Assembly (NCBI GenBank): GCA_001724265.1
Contig: MEDY01000012.1
Span: forward strand, 186,001 to 249,426
From: Rhizaria sp. SCN 62-66
Taxonomy: Eukaryota
Direction: 5' to 3'
DNA length: 63,426 nt
The notes under the pieces were generated by a model. The model was not told where the DNA came from and did not search any database. It saw nothing but the letters and a program-made list of their open reading frames with translations. A program made the position numbers and the translations under genes. Below, piece after piece: positions 60,187-63,426 of this stretch (position 1 is its first letter; every line of letters starts with the position of its first letter).

Positions 60187-62373
60187 TTAGAACGAGGACA
60201 CGCTGCCAAGCACAACAGCGAGGCGGAAACCCGTACTCTCAGTATCTCTCCAGATGGGCGACGGTGACAGTCCGACGCCGCCAGCGCCACCGCTGCCCAC
60301 GGTCGCTCCGTCAGCCCGGCTCACAGTCATCACGTCGCCGCCACTGCTTGCAGTCAGCCCTTGCGCGTGACTGTTGCCGATTGGAGTAGGCTCAGCCCCG
60401 CGGCCGGGCTTCCCGGTGACGCTCTCGCTCTGCGCAGGCAGCGGCGGGAAAGCGTGGTTCAGCCGTGAATCGCAGGCCCAGGACTTGGTGAAGCCGGCCT
60501 CGAGTCCCCACAGCCGGCTCGGGGAGTGCGAGCGTAGCATCGCGCTGAGCGAGCGGTCCGGGGTCGAGGCGACGCGCAGCGAGTGGAGCCACTCCCACTG
60601 CGACGGCGACTATGACAGCGTTTGGACCGGAAGGGATTGTGACTGTGCTGCGTTGCCACGGCTGCTCGCCGGCACGAACGGCGCGAGAAGACTCATAACC
60701 GTGTTCGTCACCGTGCTCTGCGCCGCAGTCAGCACACCGACGGCGTCGCTGGTTGTTCCTGTGGCGGCGGCACCGAAGTCGAGCCGCGACTCGGTCGTGA
60801 GCAGCGAGGCGTGCACGACGCAGGCCGCGGCCACGGACGCCTGCGGCGACCACTGCTGCGGCTGACCGTGGGCAGCAGCGGGGCTGTGGGCGGGCTGGAA
60901 CAGCGGGGCAGTGACGCCGAGAGAGAGCGTTCCAACGCCGTTGACAACGAACGACGTCGTGTACGGAATCGGGGGTGGCGCAGCGAACAAAACAGCACCA
61001 TGGCCACCGCTGCTCGCGATAACATCGCTGCAGGCAACAGAGGCGGCGGTGTTGCTCTTAAGACTAGGACTAGAGCTAGAGCGTGTCGGAGCGAACCACC
61101 CGAGCACCGTCCTGACCGCGCCCGCGACGGCCGCGGCGGCGGCGTCGCCTTTGTGCTGCGGGACCGTGGCCACGGCGGCAAGCGAGAACGAGTCGTCGCC
61201 CGACTTGGGGCTGATCAGGTACTCGATGCCGGTGTCGAGCGTGACGGCGCCGCGACCGACGCCGCCCACAGTCACGGAGCTCACGGTCGCTGACTGTGAG
61301 CGCGAGCTAGATGACTGTGAGTCGCAGCCTGCTGTGGCATTCTGACTGTCATTGGTTAAATGGAAGCGTTTTGCAGCCATAACGCCCCATAACGAGCCAT
61401 CTGAGCAATATTTAACGCCAACACTGCTCTGTTTGCAGTCATACCGCGCCTCAGCGCCCCAGATCTCTGGTGCAGAGAAAGGCATCGCGCTCGCACTCTT
61501 CGACGCATCCTTCGCTGCAGCATTATTCGCATTCCCAGCATTATCGTTCCCATTGGCGTTGATCGCTGCAGTGTTACCGTCAAGACCACTGCGGGGGTTC
61601 ACAGGATTGCTGTTGCTGTCGCCGACGCTCTTGCTCATCACAGCGCATTGCCTACTCGGGGTGAGCGTAAGCGCGCTCGGCAGCAGCGCCGGCGGCTGCG
61701 ACGTGACGGCAAACCCGCGCACCGTAAGCCAGGGCGTCACGCGCGCCTCCAACTCAACGTCACTCACGCCGTCCGCGTCGGTGCTCGCTTTGACGACCAC
61801 GGCGGCACGCTGCCGGTGTGGGCGGCGCTGCGTCATCACTGAGTAGCACTCCAAAGACGCGGGCTCGGTGTGCGCGCCGTACACCGCAGCGCCGGCGCTG
61901 TCGTGGGAGGAGTTGCTAGGAGTGATCGGCGAGCAAGAGTCGAAAACGACGCCACTTGAACCACTGTTGATTGCTGTGCCCGTGTTTGTGGTACCATTGC
62001 GCGAAGGCAGCGGAGCAGGGCCGCTGAAGTACCCCACCTCGATGGCACGCGCACGCTCAGTCGTGAACGCAGAAGATAAAGCGTTCGTGAGCGCGTTAAA
62101 CGGCGATGTCGCGGTTGCATTCGAGGTGCCAGTTGAGCTTCCAGTTGCAACGGAAGCAGAGGAGGCATAGAGGCGTGAGAGCTCAACAGTTGCGTCAGCG
62201 CGAGCCTCGACGACCGCGGCGCGGTCTGAATACACGGCAACACGCAATGCAGTCGTGTTTGAGGGCTGCGAGGAAATTGACAGGATGTCGTCAGTGTGTG
62301 CGCGAAAGTATGCTAAGTCACCGGGGTTGTCTGGGCTCACTGGAGCGACGTAAGAGCCGGACAGCGCCTGCAT
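60187..62373 (-). CDS. Divergent Tom40/eukaryotic-porin-like beta-barrel with expanded loops; in-frame TAG at 60612-60610
   Basis: ORFs 60610-62373 and 60187-60540 share a frame and join through the TAG. N-terminal DNPGDLAYFRAHTDDIL recalls the Tom40 NPG motif; amphipathic strands (WGAEARY, SVGVKY, LDTGIEYLI); terminal FRLAVVLG; TAA stop. Family assignment is tentative. Confidence 0.55.
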
Positions 62374-62933
62374 CGTTCTATCGGTCTGTAAAGAGTTTGA
62401 ACACGGGAGGGATTGAGGGAGAAGAACGGCGATTAAGACAATGTCAGTAATAGATACTGATATTAATCAACATTAAAAAGCTGTCCTGGCAACAACTACC
62501 CTATTGACGATCAGCATACGTCAGAGCAGAGAGGATTGAGGAGTCGAAAGGACAGGAAGTTGACGGTAGGGGTGGCAGTACCGAAAAAGGGTAAAACATT
62601 TTTGTTTTTCCTCGCAACTCGCTCACGGCCCTCTCTTTTGTGCGGTTGTATGTAGGCAGGGTGCGGTCAATGACGCTTTGTATAAAATGTCTGGTGAGAA
62701 TTATCACATTTCTATCAAGTTTGTATTTGGTTCTGTTTGGAACATCTGTGGCACTCTGTTTCGAAGGGTCCTCTGTCGCGCCACTTCCAAGCCTTCTGGC
62801 TGCGCTCGCTTTGTTCTCTGTCACGTTTGTGTGCGTCCAGCTTGCTTCCACAACGATATTCAACCACGTTACTTGATTGCTCACGCCTTCTGTTTGCTAT
62901 TCCTGCTGCTTTTGTTGTCTCTGTAGGCCAGTG

Positions 62934-63426
62934 ATGTCTGCTGCTATTAACCGTCTTTACGAGGTTGTCGGCCGTAACAAGCCCACCGAGAAGAACCCCG
63001 CCCCCAAGATCTTCCGCATGAAGCTCTTCGCTCTCAACAAGCCCGTCGCCATGTCCCGCTTCTGGTACTTCCTTGCCAAGCTCAACAAGTCCAAGGCTTC
63101 CACCGGCGAGATCCTCGAGGTCACCGAGATCGTTGAGAAGAACTTTGCCCAGGTCTCAAGAACTACGGCATCACCCTCCGCTTCAACTCCCGCTCTGGCA
63201 CCCACAACATGTACAAGGAGTACCGCGCTGTCTCCCTGAACGCTGCCATCGACAAGATGTACGCTCAGATCGCCTCCCTGCACCGTGTCCGCCGCTCCTC
63301 CGTCTGGATCGTCGACACCACCGTGCTCCGCGCCAACCAGCTCAAGCGCCCCGCTGTCGCGCAGTTCATCAAGCCCGACCTCAAGTTCCGCCTCACCCAG
63401 CGCAAGCCCCGTCCTTCCTCCAAGGC
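62934..63426 (+). CDS. RPL18A: 60S ribosomal protein L18a (eL20), runs off the window end; apparent 2-nt insertion at 63156-63157
   Basis: YEVVGR...[22 protein letters not shown], then after the shift [23 protein letters not shown]. Confidence 0.93.

Noticed and set aside
1-63426. A CUA-anticodon tRNA gene in this window
   Set aside because: No tRNA-like sequence was recognised by eye; tRNAscan-SE would be needed to exclude one.

Overview
Gene-dense nuclear DNA of a microbial eukaryote, probably flagellated (it has a CCDC113 homolog). Exons are GC-rich, and introns are short, AT-richer and GT-AG (donors mostly GTACGT/GTATGT). About 22 protein-coding genes can be modelled: a >1230-aa orphan membrane protein, GET3/ASNA1, an Osm1-like FAD fumarate reductase, a two-pore channel, CCDC113, an adrenodoxin-type ferredoxin, SENP8, a Tc1/IS630-derived DDE protein, a coiled-coil orphan, RPS10, an RRM/zinc-knuckle protein, an orphan with a TTC4-like motif, MCCC1, a STE20 kinase, EHD, a PPR protein, PP2A-C, CWC25, ELP3, a CASTOR/POLLUX channel, a Tom40-like barrel and RPL18A. 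The main finding is evidence for a non-standard nuclear genetic code. Four in-frame TAG codons interrupt three otherwise intact genes (9158-9160, 10102-10104 and 60610-60612 on minus; 24204-24206 on plus). All 20 complete gene models end in TAA (12) or TGA (8), and none ends in TAG. This suggests UAG is a sense codon, most plausibly Gln, while UAA remains a stop. Caveats: TAG is very rare in the exons, and a 2-nt frameshift in RPL18A shows the assembly may contain errors. All family assignments come from recalled motifs, not database searches.
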